Below, in pieces: positions 33,774 through 44,104 of a DNA stretch of 64,000 nucleotides (position 1 is its first letter; each line of letters opens with the position of its first letter). Both the position numbers and the translations under genes were made by a program. Under the pieces are notes generated by a model. The model was not told the DNA's origin. It saw only the letters and a program-made list of their open reading frames with translations, and did no database searches. Where the stretch lies: NCBI GenBank assembly GCA_036918135.1, contig JBALDB010000006.1, positions 94,158 to 158,157 of the forward strand, in the 5' to 3' direction. The DNA comes from Nostoc sp. Its GTDB lineage: Bacteria; Cyanobacteriota; Cyanobacteriia; Cyanobacteriales; Nostocaceae.

Positions 33774-35300
33774 ATGGTGTTGCAGCCCAAAAAATCCTTA
33801 CAAAAAACTACTTCCCAGTCTGTAGAACTATTACAAACAGAAGCACTTAAAGCAGCGGAATCCCAGAAAATTGTAGCTATTACTGTTGAGAAAATTCGTC
33901 AGTCTCTTGACTTAGAATATATTTTCCAGACAACCACTCAAGAAATCAGACAATTGTTAAACTCTGACCGCGTGATTTTATATCGTTTCAATCCAGATTG
34001 GAGTGGAACATTTGTAGCTGAATCTTTAGCACAAGGGTGGTTACCTCTGATTCAGCAGCAAGTTCATCAACCGGAATTAGTAGAAAATGTCAGTGAATGT
34101 AGCTTGAAAAATTTGTCTATTCCTCCAATTGTGGATACTTACTTACAAGATACACAGGGAGGACGCTTTTCTAAAAATGAAACGTATCGTGTTTGTCACG
34201 ATGTTTACAGTGCTAACTTCAGTAAGTGCTACCTGAAAATTCTAGAGCAGTGTCAGGCAAGAGCTTATGTAATTACCGCTATTTATCAAAGTCAACAGCT
34301 TTGGGGACTACTGGCAGTTTACCAGAACGATGGGCCTCGAGAATGGCAAGCGAATGAAGTATATATACTAACTCAAATTGCTTCTCAGCTAGGCGTAGCA
34401 TTACAGCAAGCAGAATTACTCAAACAAACTCAAAGTCAAAAGGAAGAACTCGCCGCAACTCTCAAAGACTTACAGCAGGCTCAAGCTCAGTTAATTCAAA
34501 GTGAAAAAATGGTTAGTTTAGGGCAATTAGTAGCTGGAATTGCCCATGAAATTAATAATCCAATTAATTTTATTTACGCTAACATTTCCTACGTAGATAA
34601 GTATGCCGAAGATTTGCTGGAATTATTACATCTTTATCAGGAACAACATCCTAGCCCAACGCCAAAAATCCAAAAGCAATCAATAGCTATGGATATTGAT
34701 TATATTGCTCAAGACTTACCGAAAACTCTCAACTCAATGATGGTAGGAGCAAACCGTATTCATCAGTTAGTGTTGTCATTACGTACTTTTTCTCGACTAG
34801 ATAATGCTGGAATTAAGACGATTGATATTCATGAAAGCATCGATAGCACGCTGGTGATTTTGCAGCATCGTTTGACCAACAATGGAGATACTCCGAACAT
34901 TAAATTAATCAAAGAATATGGTCACTTGCCTCTACTAAATTGTTATCCAGCCGAACTTAATCAGGTGTTCATGAATCTTCTCAGCAATGCAATTGATGCT
35001 CTAGAAACGTCATCCGTAAATCATCCGCAAATCAGGATTCAGACAAAAGTCACAGCAGACAATACCATCCTCATTAGCATCGCAGACAATGGAAATGGCA
35101 TTGAAAAAAACTTACAATCACGTATTTTTGACCCCTTCTTCACCACAAAAGAACCTGGTAAAGGCACTGGTCTAGGATTATCAATCAGTTACCAGATTAT
35201 AGTCAAAAAACATGCAGGGCAAATCAAATGCTTTTCTGAGCTAGGTCAAGGTAGTGAATTTCAGATAGAAATTCCACTCAACTCATTAGTGACAAGTTAA
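33774..35300 (+). CDS. Cyanobacteriochrome GAF sensor histidine kinase (insert-Cys type)
   Basis: DRV.LYRFNPDWSG, insert NVSECSLKNL, DTYLQDTQGG, KCY bilin-attachment site, LWGLL; AHEINNP HisKA and HATPase. Confidence 0.85.
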   Translation: MVLQPKKSLQKTTSQSVELLQTEALKAAESQKIVAITVEKIRQSLDLEYIFQTTTQEIRQLLNSDRVILYRFNPDWSGTFVAESLAQGWLPLIQQQVHQPELVENVSECSLKNLSIPPIVDTYLQDTQGGRFSKNETYRVCHDVYSANFSKCYLKILEQCQARAYVITAIYQSQQLWGLLAVYQNDGPREWQANEVYILTQIASQLGVALQQAELLKQTQSQKEELAATLKDLQQAQAQLIQSEKMVSLGQLVAGIAHEINNPINFIYANISYVDKYAEDLLELLHLYQEQHPSPTPKIQKQSIAMDIDYIAQDLPKTLNSMMVGANRIHQLVLSLRTFSRLDNAGIKTIDIHESIDSTLVILQHRLTNNGDTPNIKLIKEYGHLPLLNCYPAELNQVFMNLLSNAIDALETSSVNHPQIRIQTKVTADNTILISIADNGNGIEKNLQSRIFDPFFTTKEPGKGTGLGLSISYQIIVKKHAGQIKCFSELGQGSEFQIEIPLNSLVTS

Positions 35301-35369
35301 GGCACTTACAGATGTTTTCTCTATGCCGTAAAATCTTTACTATATAAAAATTAAATTTTTCTTTCAGGC

Positions 35370-35555
35370 ATGAGCGAGCCACAAACTTGGTATATTGTCA
35401 AGCGTTCTACTGGTAATTGCGAGATAGTCTCCAGCGACGAAATAGGAGACGATAATCTAGAGATTATAGAGCAGTGGGGGCCTTATAGTTCACAAGAAGA
35501 AGCGATCGCCCGTCGTGTCGGACTTATTAGAAGTGGGAAGTGCCAACCAGTTTAA
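35370..35555 (+). CDS. Small conserved cyanobacterial hypothetical protein
   Basis: WYIVK..G.CEI...QWGPY.SQEEAIARRVGLIRSGKCQPV; contains HIP1. Confidence 0.8.
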   Translation: MSEPQTWYIVKRSTGNCEIVSSDEIGDDNLEIIEQWGPYSSQEEAIARRVGLIRSGKCQPV

Positions 35556-35646
35556 GTGAAATCAGGAGCAGAGGAGAACTTATTGCAAGTTTTTCCCCTC
35601 TGCTCTTGGAGGCTCTTGTGCCCAATGCCTCTGTAGGCATGATTTT

Positions 35647-36933
35647 TCATTTTTCTGCTGTAGGTGTACCCTTAGTAGCAATTTGTTTACCTATCACTTC
35701 CACTGCTTTGGCGAATTGGGGATCTGCTAGGGTAGCAAGTTTATCACGTTCATGGAGCCACAAGTCTTCCATCTGCTGTTTGCTCAAATCCACCTTCACA
35801 TCTGGCTCAATGCCTTTATGGTTGATATCTGTACCGTTGGGAGTATAGTAATGAGCAATTGTCACCGCCAATCCTGAACCATCTTCCAAGGGACGCACCG
35901 ATTGCACCAGTCCCTTACCAAAAGTTTGAGTCCCAACCAAAGTTGCACGCTTATTATCATGTAAAGCCCCAGAAAGGATTTCACTGGCACTGGCTGAACC
36001 TTTATCTACCAGTACCACTAAGGGTTTATTCGTCAAGGCGCGTCCGTTGGCCTCTTCTTTTTCTGCCTCTCCTTGGCGTTCGACGGTGGAGACAATCTTA
36101 CCTTTGTCTATCCACATCCGGGCAATTTCTACACTAGAAAACAATAAACCGCCTGGATTACCACGTAAATCCAGAATATATCCTGATACCTTTTTGCTTT
36201 CTAAATCTGTAATGGCAGCTTGCATTTCTTTACCAGCATTAGCACTGAACTGATTTAGGCGAATGTAGCCCAGGTTACCTGCTGGAGTTTGCTTTTGAGA
36301 AAATTTAACTGGATGAATTTCAATCCGCGCCCGTGTGATGTTAAATTCCTTTGTCTGACCGTTTCGCTGAATCGTCAAGCTGACTTGGGTTCCTGCTTCA
36401 CCTCGAATTAAAGATACTGCTTGATTAGTATCCATCCCCTTGGTGCTTTTGTTGTCGATTTTCAGGATCGCATCTTTGGCTAAAACGCCAGCTTTAAAGG
36501 CTGGTGTATCCTCAATTGGCGCAATTACAACCAATTGCTTTGTTTTTTCATCCTGACCGATTGTGATCCCAATTCCTATTAATTCTCCAGAGGTATCTAC
36601 TTGCATATTCTTAAATTCCTCTGGGTCCATAAACCGGGTATAGGGGTCATCGAGCTTTTTAAGCATTTCCCGAATGGACTTATAAGCTTCCTGTTGATTA
36701 CTGTAGGACTTGTTCTTCACATACTCGTTACGAACAGCCTGCCAATCTACCTGATTAAAAGTACCATCTACATATTGGCGCTGAACAATTAGCCAAACTT
36801 CATCTACCAATTCTTTGGGACTTGCTTTAAATAAAGCCTGACCTCGTGAGTGAATGCCAAGGCTAGTAACAGCGATCGTGGAGAGTGTTACTGCCGTAGC
36901 ACCCAAAACAAGCCTATTTTTTGTAATCACCAT
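35647..36933 (-). CDS. ctpC: Carboxyl-terminal processing protease (S41, PDZ)
   Basis: DPYTRF, LDLRGNPGGLL, SASASEI, TFGKGLVQ; probable start MVITK at 36933; paralogue name from recall. Confidence 0.8.
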   Translation of the reverse strand: MVITKNRLVLGATAVTLSTIAVTSLGIHSRGQALFKASPKELVDEVWLIVQRQYVDGTFNQVDWQAVRNEYVKNKSYSNQQEAYKSIREMLKKLDDPYTRFMDPEEFKNMQVDTSGELIGIGITIGQDEKTKQLVVIAPIEDTPAFKAGVLAKDAILKIDNKSTKGMDTNQAVSLIRGEAGTQVSLTIQRNGQTKEFNITRARIEIHPVKFSQKQTPAGNLGYIRLNQFSANAGKEMQAAITDLESKKVSGYILDLRGNPGGLLFSSVEIARMWIDKGKIVSTVERQGEAEKEEANGRALTNKPLVVLVDKGSASASEILSGALHDNKRATLVGTQTFGKGLVQSVRPLEDGSGLAVTIAHYYTPNGTDINHKGIEPDVKVDLSKQQMEDLWLHERDKLATLADPQFAKAVEVIGKQIATKGTPTAEK

Positions 36934-37144
36934 AATGACAGCTGCGTCAGAGGGAAAATTTATAGTCAGTATGCTCAATCTAACACAGGGTATTACTGTA
37001 GAGGTCAAGCATGTATTTCTAATTTCAACAAAATACTTGACAATCAGGCGATATTGGTCGTCATCTATACAAAAGTTTTAAGAATTGGGGATTGGGAGTG
37101 AGGAGTGGTGGGGTGTGGGGAGTAGGGAATAGGGAATAAGGCAT

Positions 37145-37258
37145 TGGGGGGTGTGGGAGGTTTTGGAGGTGTGGGAGGTGTGGGAGGATGGGGAAGAAAT
37201 CTTGCCCCCCTCTCTCCCCACACTCCCCACTCTCCCTATCTCCCCATCTCCCCACTCT
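37145..37258 (+). repeat. Dispersed G-rich/C-rich composite repeat, copy 2
   Basis: GTGTGGGAG 9-mers, core GGAGGATGGGGAAGAAATCTTGCCCCCCTCTCTCCCCACACTCCCCAC. Confidence 0.85.
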
Positions 37259-37259
37259 C

Positions 37260-38486
37260 TTACGGTTCTACCCAACGTCCATCTACCTTAATTAGGTTGA
37301 TTAATTCCTCTACGCCTTTGTCTTCTGGGACTTTTTTAATTTCTTCTCTGCCACGATACAAAGAAATGTAACCAGGTGTTTTGCCAACATAACCATAGTC
37401 GGCATCTGCCATTTCTCCCGGTCCATTGACAATACAGCCCATAACTGCTATATCCAAACCAGTTAAGTGTTTAGTCGCTTCCCGGACTTTGTGTAGCACT
37501 TCCTCTAAGTTAAACAAAGTCCGTCCGCAGGAAGGACAGGCGACATATTCCACCATTGTTTTCCGCAATCCCAAAGCTTGGAGAATGCTGTAGCACACGG
37601 GAATTTCTTTTTCTGGTGGTTCTGTCAGTGAGACGCGAATTGTATCGCCAATACCATCAGCGAGTAATGTCGCAATCCCAGCTGTGGATTTGATTCGTCC
37701 ATATTCACCATCACCAGCTTCTGTAACACCTAAATGTAGCGGATAATCCATACCTAGTTCATCCATACGCTTGGAGATCAGGCGATAGGCAGCTACCATC
37801 ACTGGTACTCGTGAAGCTTTCATGGAAATTACCAAGTTGCGGAAATCTAAAGATTCACAGATGCGAATAAATTCTATGGCTGATTCCACCATTCCTTCAG
37901 GGGTGTCACCGTAGGTAAATAACATTCTCTCAGCCAGAGAACCATGATTTACCCCAATTCGCATCGATTTACCCTGGTCGCGCAAAGAAATTACCAGAGG
38001 TTCTAAGGTTTCACGGATTTTTTCCCCGATTTCGTCAAATTCGGCTTTACTATACTCGGTTCTATTAAAGTTTGGCTTTTCAAAGACATATAACCCTGGA
38101 TTAATCCGCACTTTATCGATATGCTTGGAGACTTCCAGAGCAATTTTCATTCCATTATGATGGACATCAGCCACCACCGGCACGTTTTGATAAGTTTTAA
38201 TTAATTTTTGTTTAATTTCTGCTAAAGCTTTAGCATGAGCCATACTTGGCACTGTGACGCGGACAATTTCACAGCCAATTTCGTGCAGACGACGAATAGC
38301 AGCCACAGAACCATCAATATCAAGAGTATCTTCGTTAATCATCGACTGCACTACAACAGGATAGCCACCGCCAATGGTGACATTACCTACCTTTACAGGA
38401 CGGGTTTGACGCCGCTTGATATTTGTATCAAAGGTAGGTTGGCTTAATGTAGTATTTGAAGTATTGAGTGTGGGTAGAGTTTGCAT
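37260..38486 (-). CDS. ispG: (E)-4-hydroxy-3-methylbut-2-enyl-diphosphate synthase
   Basis: [44 protein letters not shown]. Confidence 0.98.
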   Translation of the reverse strand: MQTLPTLNTSNTTLSQPTFDTNIKRRQTRPVKVGNVTIGGGYPVVVQSMINEDTLDIDGSVAAIRRLHEIGCEIVRVTVPSMAHAKALAEIKQKLIKTYQNVPVVADVHHNGMKIALEVSKHIDKVRINPGLYVFEKPNFNRTEYSKAEFDEIGEKIRETLEPLVISLRDQGKSMRIGVNHGSLAERMLFTYGDTPEGMVESAIEFIRICESLDFRNLVISMKASRVPVMVAAYRLISKRMDELGMDYPLHLGVTEAGDGEYGRIKSTAGIATLLADGIGDTIRVSLTEPPEKEIPVCYSILQALGLRKTMVEYVACPSCGRTLFNLEEVLHKVREATKHLTGLDIAVMGCIVNGPGEMADADYGYVGKTPGYISLYRGREEIKKVPEDKGVEELINLIKVDGRWVEP

Positions 38487-38798
38487 AACCTATAATGGCA
38501 AATTTGTTGTAGCTATATCAGATTTAATAAATCTCTGTTCCCAGATTGCCACAGCTAGGACTTTTTTACACAATTACGTAGAAAAAAATGGAGTAAAGTA
38601 AAAATCCTTTTAGGCTTTGGGGAACCCTAGTTAATGGAAAATCTATTGAAAAAGTAAGAATATGGGATTCCTCGAAGCAATTTTTCCACGGTAAAGAAGG
38701 ACGCGGAATATTATAGTAAAAACTTCCTTACAGACCACGAATACAATACCAATACTACAGCTTCATTTCTTGCTTACATAATAAATCCAACTGTAATT

Positions 38799-39833
38799 AT
38801 GAAGACCCAAACAATAACCCAACTCCCTATTCCCTCACACTTTAATCCCGATCGAGTCGGCGAAGTTTGGCGCGTACCTTACCAAGAAATTGCAGCCGCC
38901 GCCGAAACATGGGCTAAACAACATAGAATTCAACCTGCATCTTTAGACAAAACCCGCATTTGCCTACTTTTAATTGATGTCCAAAACACCTTCTGTATTC
39001 CGGGATTTGAATTATTTGTAGGTGGAAAATCTGGTACTGCGGCAGTGGATGATAATCGGCGATTGTCCGAATTTATCTATCGCAATTTGGGAGTAATTAC
39101 AAAAATTGTACCTACTCTAGATACTCATACGACAACACAAATTTTTCATCCAATATTTTGGGTGAACGCCACCGGAGAACATCCCACCCCAGCAGCTACT
39201 AGTATCACTCCTGAAGATATCAAACAAGGTATTTGGAAAGTCAACCCAGCAGTTACTAATAGTGTAACTAATGGTAATTACGAATTATTAGAAAAACATG
39301 CTTATCATTACGTTAAAAAACTAAGTCAAGACGGTAAATATCCGCTTACGGTTTGGCCTTATCATTCAATGTTAGGTGGCATTGGTCATGCTTTAGTTTC
39401 CTCAGTAGAGGAAGCAATATTTTTCCACGGTATTGCTCGTCAGAGTCAAACACAATTTGAAATTAAAGGCGAAAATCCTTTAACAGAAAACTATTCTATT
39501 CTCCGTCCAGAAGTGTTAGAAGATTTTGAACAACGTCCACTTGCTCAAAAGAATATTCAGCTAATAAAGCAACTTTTAGAATTTGATATCGTAATTATTG
39601 GTGGTCAAGCTAAAAGTCATTGTGTAGCTTGGACAATTGACGATTTATTAACAGAAATTCAACAGGTAGATAGCACCCTTGCTCAAAAAATCTACTTGTT
39701 AGAAGATTGCACTTCTCCTGTTGTTGTTCCCAGTGTTGTGGACTACACAGAACAGGCAGATGTAGCGTTTGCCAGATTTGCACAGGCAGGAATGCACATT
39801 GTAAAATCTAGCGAAATTGAGAATTGGGCATAG
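38799..39833 (+). CDS. Isochorismatase/nicotinamidase-like cysteine hydrolase
   Basis: [27 protein letters not shown]. Confidence 0.85.
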   Translation: MKTQTITQLPIPSHFNPDRVGEVWRVPYQEIAAAAETWAKQHRIQPASLDKTRICLLLIDVQNTFCIPGFELFVGGKSGTAAVDDNRRLSEFIYRNLGVITKIVPTLDTHTTTQIFHPIFWVNATGEHPTPAATSITPEDIKQGIWKVNPAVTNSVTNGNYELLEKHAYHYVKKLSQDGKYPLTVWPYHSMLGGIGHALVSSVEEAIFFHGIARQSQTQFEIKGENPLTENYSILRPEVLEDFEQRPLAQKNIQLIKQLLEFDIVIIGGQAKSHCVAWTIDDLLTEIQQVDSTLAQKIYLLEDCTSPVVVPSVVDYTEQADVAFARFAQAGMHIVKSSEIENWA

Positions 39834-39847
39834 GGCATGGGGCATTC

Positions 39848-39987
39848 GGGGTGTGGAAGGTGTGGGAGGAAAAGGAGGTGTGGGAGGATGAGGAAGAAAT
39901 CTTGCCCCCCTCTCTCCCCACACTCCCCACACTCCCCCATCCCCCCTCTCTCCCCACACTCCCTATTTCCCCATCTTCCCCATTCCC
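39848..39987 (+). repeat. Dispersed G-rich/C-rich composite repeat, copy 3
   Basis: Same core as copy 2, between convergent genes. Confidence 0.85.
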
Positions 39988-40884
39988 TCATTTCTTCAAA
40001 TAACCTTTAGGATCTTGCGCTACCCAACCCAGAGATGAGCTAGAACGCACTTCAAAATGGAGATGCGGTTGACTGGTACTTGGTGTTCCACTGGTACCTA
40101 CGGTTCCCAGTAAGTCTCCTTTTTTTACTTGCTGACCAACGCTGACTTTGATACTGTCAAGTTGAGCGTAGCGGCTTTGCAGTCCCCCACTGTGGTTAAT
40201 AATGACCAACTTGCCATAACTACCTTGGTCATCGGCAAAGGCTACGGTTCCAGGTGCGATCGCTAGCACATCTGTACCTACTGGTGCTAACAAATCAACG
40301 CCGCTATGAAAGAAAACTTGACTTGTACTAGGGTTAATCTGCCAGCCGTAAGCTAATCCTACAGTTGCTACTTGGGCCAAAGGATATCCAGACACAGATA
40401 CTCGGTTTGGCGTACCTGTATCAGTAGGTACGGGAGCCTTGGTGACAACACCATTGGGCGACCAATTTACCCCCGGAACAAACACGATTCTGGGGTCTTG
40501 TTGGCAGCCATTCACCTCAAAAAGGCTATCAGCACGAACTTTGTATTTTGCCGCCACTTGTCGCCAAGTTTGGCCGCGAGGCACTTCGACTACAATCCCA
40601 TTGTAGGGAGGAATTTGCAGCACACTGCCAACGGCAGCGATCGCCCCGTTATCCTGCAAAACAGGATTCATTCCGATAATAGTTGTAGGAATCAGATTGT
40701 AGTGCTGCGCTATACTCTCCAAAGTTTCGCCACGAACTACTTTATGACGTTGGAAGCGAGATAGGGCTGGAGTTGGGCAACCACTTACAGCAGCACTGGC
40801 GCTGTTCAAGCTTGGCAGTATGGATACTAGGCCTAAGGCGCTAACTAAGCTACAGAGAAATAGTTGACGAAAAGGTAAAGTCAT
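39988..40884 (-). CDS. LysM + M23 family peptidoglycan metallopeptidase
   Basis: HKVVRGETLESIA LysM, HSGVD and PHLHFEVR zinc motifs, signal peptide. Confidence 0.92.
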   Translation of the reverse strand: MTLPFRQLFLCSLVSALGLVSILPSLNSASAAVSGCPTPALSRFQRHKVVRGETLESIAQHYNLIPTTIIGMNPVLQDNGAIAAVGSVLQIPPYNGIVVEVPRGQTWRQVAAKYKVRADSLFEVNGCQQDPRIVFVPGVNWSPNGVVTKAPVPTDTGTPNRVSVSGYPLAQVATVGLAYGWQINPSTSQVFFHSGVDLLAPVGTDVLAIAPGTVAFADDQGSYGKLVIINHSGGLQSRYAQLDSIKVSVGQQVKKGDLLGTVGTSGTPSTSQPHLHFEVRSSSSLGWVAQDPKGYLKK

Positions 40885-40971
40885 GTATACAAGTCAAGAG
40901 CGCATTAACTTTAGATTTTAGATGGAGAGTTTAGGGATTGGGCACTGGGAACTAGGGATTGGGGAAGATGT

Positions 40972-41032
40972 AGTTCGACTTCTCTACGAGACGCTACGCG
41001 TAGCTTGCTTCCCCGTAGGGGTACGCTTACCA
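40972..41032. repeat. Nested small dispersed repeats
   Basis: TTCGAC-TTCTCTACGAGACGCTACGCG-TAGCTTGCTTCCCCGTAGGGGTA-CGCTTACC. Confidence 0.7.
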
Positions 41033-41250
41033 ACTGGGAGATGAGGAGGCACAGGAGCAGAGGGAAAATAACTTTTACTCTTAACTCTCCTCACGCCTCG
41101 GCGGAGCGTTTCCGGCTCCGCCCAACAGTCATCAGTTATCAATCAACACTTACAATCTCTAATTCCTGATAAATTGATCTGTCCACTTGCCGTTAGCTTG
41201 ACTACACTTAGAAATTAGCAACTGCATTGCTGTCCTTAAGTAGAATGATT

Positions 41251-42456
41251 ATGAAGTTATCCTTAAAGCAACTGGCCGTTTATCTGTTTTTACTGGCGAT
41301 CGGCGGTGGTGCAGGTTTGTTTGGCAGTCGTTATCTGCTGCCGCAAAATTCCTCGTTCCAACAGTTAAAAAATGTGACGACGGCTTTGCCTCCAGAATCA
41401 GTAGTTCCTAATTCTTCTAACGGAGCGTTTGGGAATACTGGGGGCAATAATGTAAATTTTATTGCAACAGCAGTGCAAAAAGTTGGCCCAGCTGTAGTGC
41501 GAATTAATGCTACCCGCAAAGTAGCTAATCCTATTTCTGATGCTTTGAAAAATCCTCTGTTGCGACGATTCTTTGGAGAGGATGAGGAACCAATTCCCCA
41601 AGAACGCATTGAGCGAGGTACGGGTTCAGGATTTATTTTGAGTGAAGATGGAGAATTACTCACTAATGCTCATGTTGTAGCCGATACAGACACGGTACAA
41701 GTTACCCTCAAAGATGGTCGGACTTTAGAGGGAAAGGTGGTGGGAGTTGATTCCATGACTGATGTGGCTGTAGTGAAAATCAATGAGAATCATCTGCCGA
41801 CAGTGAAGCTGGGAAATTCCCAAAACTTGATACCAGGACAGTGGGCGATCGCTATTGGCAATCCTCTGGGTTTAGATAACACTGTCACTATTGGTATTAT
41901 CAGCGCTACAGACCGGACTAGCGCTCAAGTTGGTGTCCCAGATAAGCGAGTTACCTTTATCCAAACTGATGCAGCAATTAACCCCGGCAATTCTGGCGGC
42001 CCTTTGTTAAATGCCCAAGGCGAAGTCATTGGTATTAACACTGCCATCCGCGCTGATGCTCAAGGACTTGGTTTTGCCATCCCGATTGAAACCGCTGCCC
42101 GCATTGCCAATGAACTTTTTACCAAAGGGCGTGTAGAACATCCCTTCTTGGGCATTGACATGGTAGATCTTACTCCCATTAGAAAACAGCAGATTAATCA
42201 AGAAAATCAGCTTAATATTCAGCAGGAAGCAGGGATTGTGATTAAAGGAGTAACGCAGGACTCTCCAGCCAACTTAGTAGGACTGCTTCCTGGAGACGTG
42301 ATTCAAAAAGTCAACTCTCAACCAGTCAAAACTTCAGCCCAAGTACAGAAGCTGGTAGAGTCCAGCAAAGTTGGGGATATTCTAGCGATCGAAGTTAACC
42401 GTAGCAGTAAAATTCAAACCTTCAAAGTGCAATTAGGAACTTACCCCAAAAAATAG
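41251..42456 (+). CDS. HtrA/HhoA/HhoB family serine protease with PDZ
   Basis: GTGSGFI, TNAHVV, DVAVVKI, INPGNSGGPL. Confidence 0.94.
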   Translation: MKLSLKQLAVYLFLLAIGGGAGLFGSRYLLPQNSSFQQLKNVTTALPPESVVPNSSNGAFGNTGGNNVNFIATAVQKVGPAVVRINATRKVANPISDALKNPLLRRFFGEDEEPIPQERIERGTGSGFILSEDGELLTNAHVVADTDTVQVTLKDGRTLEGKVVGVDSMTDVAVVKINENHLPTVKLGNSQNLIPGQWAIAIGNPLGLDNTVTIGIISATDRTSAQVGVPDKRVTFIQTDAAINPGNSGGPLLNAQGEVIGINTAIRADAQGLGFAIPIETAARIANELFTKGRVEHPFLGIDMVDLTPIRKQQINQENQLNIQQEAGIVIKGVTQDSPANLVGLLPGDVIQKVNSQPVKTSAQVQKLVESSKVGDILAIEVNRSSKIQTFKVQLGTYPKK

Positions 42457-42466
42457 TTAGAAGTAG

Positions 42467-42486
42467 AGACGCGATTAATCGCGTCT
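42467..42486. repeat. REP-like perfect 20-bp palindrome AGACGCGATTAATCGCGTCT
   Basis: Identical palindrome at 52942-52961 with matching flanks in opposite orientation. Confidence 0.85.
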
Positions 42487-42569
42487 ATGCAAGAGTGAGG
42501 AGTAAGGAGTTAGAAGTTAAAAACTTTCTATAACTCCCAACTCATAATTCTCAACTCTCAACTCATTAT

Positions 42570-42908
42570 TCATAACTTTTGCTCTAACTGCATCCTTTGT
42601 TCCATCTGACGCAGAAAATAACCTGTCATCATGGCTGATGCTAGAAGCCCTGCTAGATTCTCCCGATCTGTTGTAATTTGGACATTAAAATTTTCTGTTG
42701 GGAGCATTCCCACTAGCCCTTGGACATTTTGCGATATGATTTGTTTAATTTCGGGGCTGACGGACTGGGCGACCCGCGCTAAAACATCAGGAGACTGATG
42801 CTGTAGATATTTGAGTAATTGATTGGGGTATTCCTCAGAGTGATCTGAAAGAAGTTGATTAGGGTGTTCCTCAGAGTTGTCATTCAAAAAGTCAGGATTA
42901 AACACCAT
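42570..42908 (-). CDS. DUF760 family protein
   Basis: NQLLKYLQHQSP, NVQGLVGMLP, LASAMMTGYFLRQMEQR. Confidence 0.88.
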   Translation of the reverse strand: MVFNPDFLNDNSEEHPNQLLSDHSEEYPNQLLKYLQHQSPDVLARVAQSVSPEIKQIISQNVQGLVGMLPTENFNVQITTDRENLAGLLASAMMTGYFLRQMEQRMQLEQKL

Positions 42909-42993
42909 TGGCAGTTTTATTTAGCTTAATTGCTAACTCTACTCTAAACCATAGTACAAGGGTAGCGCATTCACCACGGGTATAAGTCATCAA

Positions 42994-43130
42994 GAGGAGT
43001 GGGGAAGATGGGGAGACAGGGGGATGGGAAGTGACGGGAGTGTGGGGAGTGTGGGGAGAGAGGGGGGCAAGATTTCTTCCCCATCCTCCTTTTTCTCCCA
43101 CACCTCCAAAACCTCTCACACCCCCAATAC
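42994..43130 (-). repeat. Dispersed G-rich/C-rich composite repeat, copy 4 (inverted)
   Basis: GTGGGGAGTGTGGGGAGAGAGGGGGGCAAGATTTCTTCCCCATCCTCC is the reverse complement of the core. Confidence 0.85.
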
Positions 43131-43138
43131 CTCATTCC

Positions 43139-43681
43139 CTATTCCCTACTCCCCACTCCCTCAAGTTCTAGTTGAAGTTCTAGTTGTTCTTCCTTGTGGT
43201 TAGTGGAAAGTATTTGCGGAAGTTCTTCAATTTGAAAATATTGATGAAATTTTGGGGTTACTTGCAGTGAGTAGGAGCGAGAATCGCTGTCTCGCCGTTT
43301 ACGAACGAAACCGAGTTCAACTAGTTCTGGAACGTGCTGATATACTCCTGAACCCCGCAAATTAATCAAGTCGCTCTGGAGTATGGGATTATTAAGAGCG
43401 ATCGCCGCCAAAGTTCGCAATGCACCTACACCTAATTCCACTGGTATCATGGTTTGCACCAAATCCTGAAAGTCAGACCTGAGTTGCAAACTGTAACCAT
43501 CTGGAGTTTCTACTACCTCTAGGGCGCTATCTCGGTGGGCATAGTTGTCCATTAGTTCAATCATGCCTTCTTTAACAGTGGCGCGATCGCAAGCGGCATA
43601 CTCGGCGATTTCGCCGAGCGACAAGGGTTTACCCTTTAAATAGAGAATCGCTTCTATCTTAGTCGCTGTGGCTGTAATCAT
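43139..43681 (-). CDS. scpB: SMC-Scp complex subunit ScpB
   Basis: IEAILYLKGKPL, ALRTLAAIA..PI.QSDLINLRG, T.KF..YF. Confidence 0.92.
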   Translation of the reverse strand: MITATATKIEAILYLKGKPLSLGEIAEYAACDRATVKEGMIELMDNYAHRDSALEVVETPDGYSLQLRSDFQDLVQTMIPVELGVGALRTLAAIALNNPILQSDLINLRGSGVYQHVPELVELGFVRKRRDSDSRSYSLQVTPKFHQYFQIEELPQILSTNHKEEQLELQLELEGVGSRE

Positions 43682-43740
43682 TTAGTCATTAGTCATTGGT
43701 CATTGGTCATTGGTCATTAGTCATTGGTCATTAGTCATTA
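43677..43740. repeat. Heptamer tandem repeat TCATTAG/TCATTGG (STRR-like)
   Basis: About 8 tandem units; related runs near 29990-30020, 54280-54310 and 56535-56570. Confidence 0.85.
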
Positions 43741-43756
43741 ACAAATAGCAAAGTCT

Positions 43757-43890
43757 GTAGACGCTTCTGCGGTGAGTGGGTCGCGGTCTTGGGGGTTTCC
43801 GTCGATTGCGATCCCCCGAACCCGTAGGGCTTCCCGCAGGGTGCATCGGCTTTTGGCGTAGACCCGCAGAGGGTGGCTTGCCGGAGCCAT
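43757..43890. repeat. GC-rich patch of nested small palindromic repeats
   Basis: GGGGGTTTCC..CCCCC, ACCCGTAGGGCTTCCCGCAGGGT and GTAGACCCGCAGAGGGT short hairpins in AT-rich intergenic DNA. Confidence 0.55.
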
Positions 43891-44104
43891 CAGAACTTTG
43901 TAAGACAGGACAAATGACAAATCACAACTAACAATCAACAAGTTTCTGGGATCTTATCCTAAAATGTCAAAAATATTTTGACAATTCTCAAAATTGGGGA
44001 GTGTTGACAGTTGACAGTTGACTGAGGAGTAATTCTACTTGTGGGAGCGTCCCTCCAGTCCCTAATCCCCAATACCCAATACCCAATACCCAATCCCCAC
44101 TTCC

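Noticed and set aside
35370..35555. Possible transposase fragment
   Set aside because: No DDE or HUH motif, no terminal repeats; looks like an ordinary small conserved protein.
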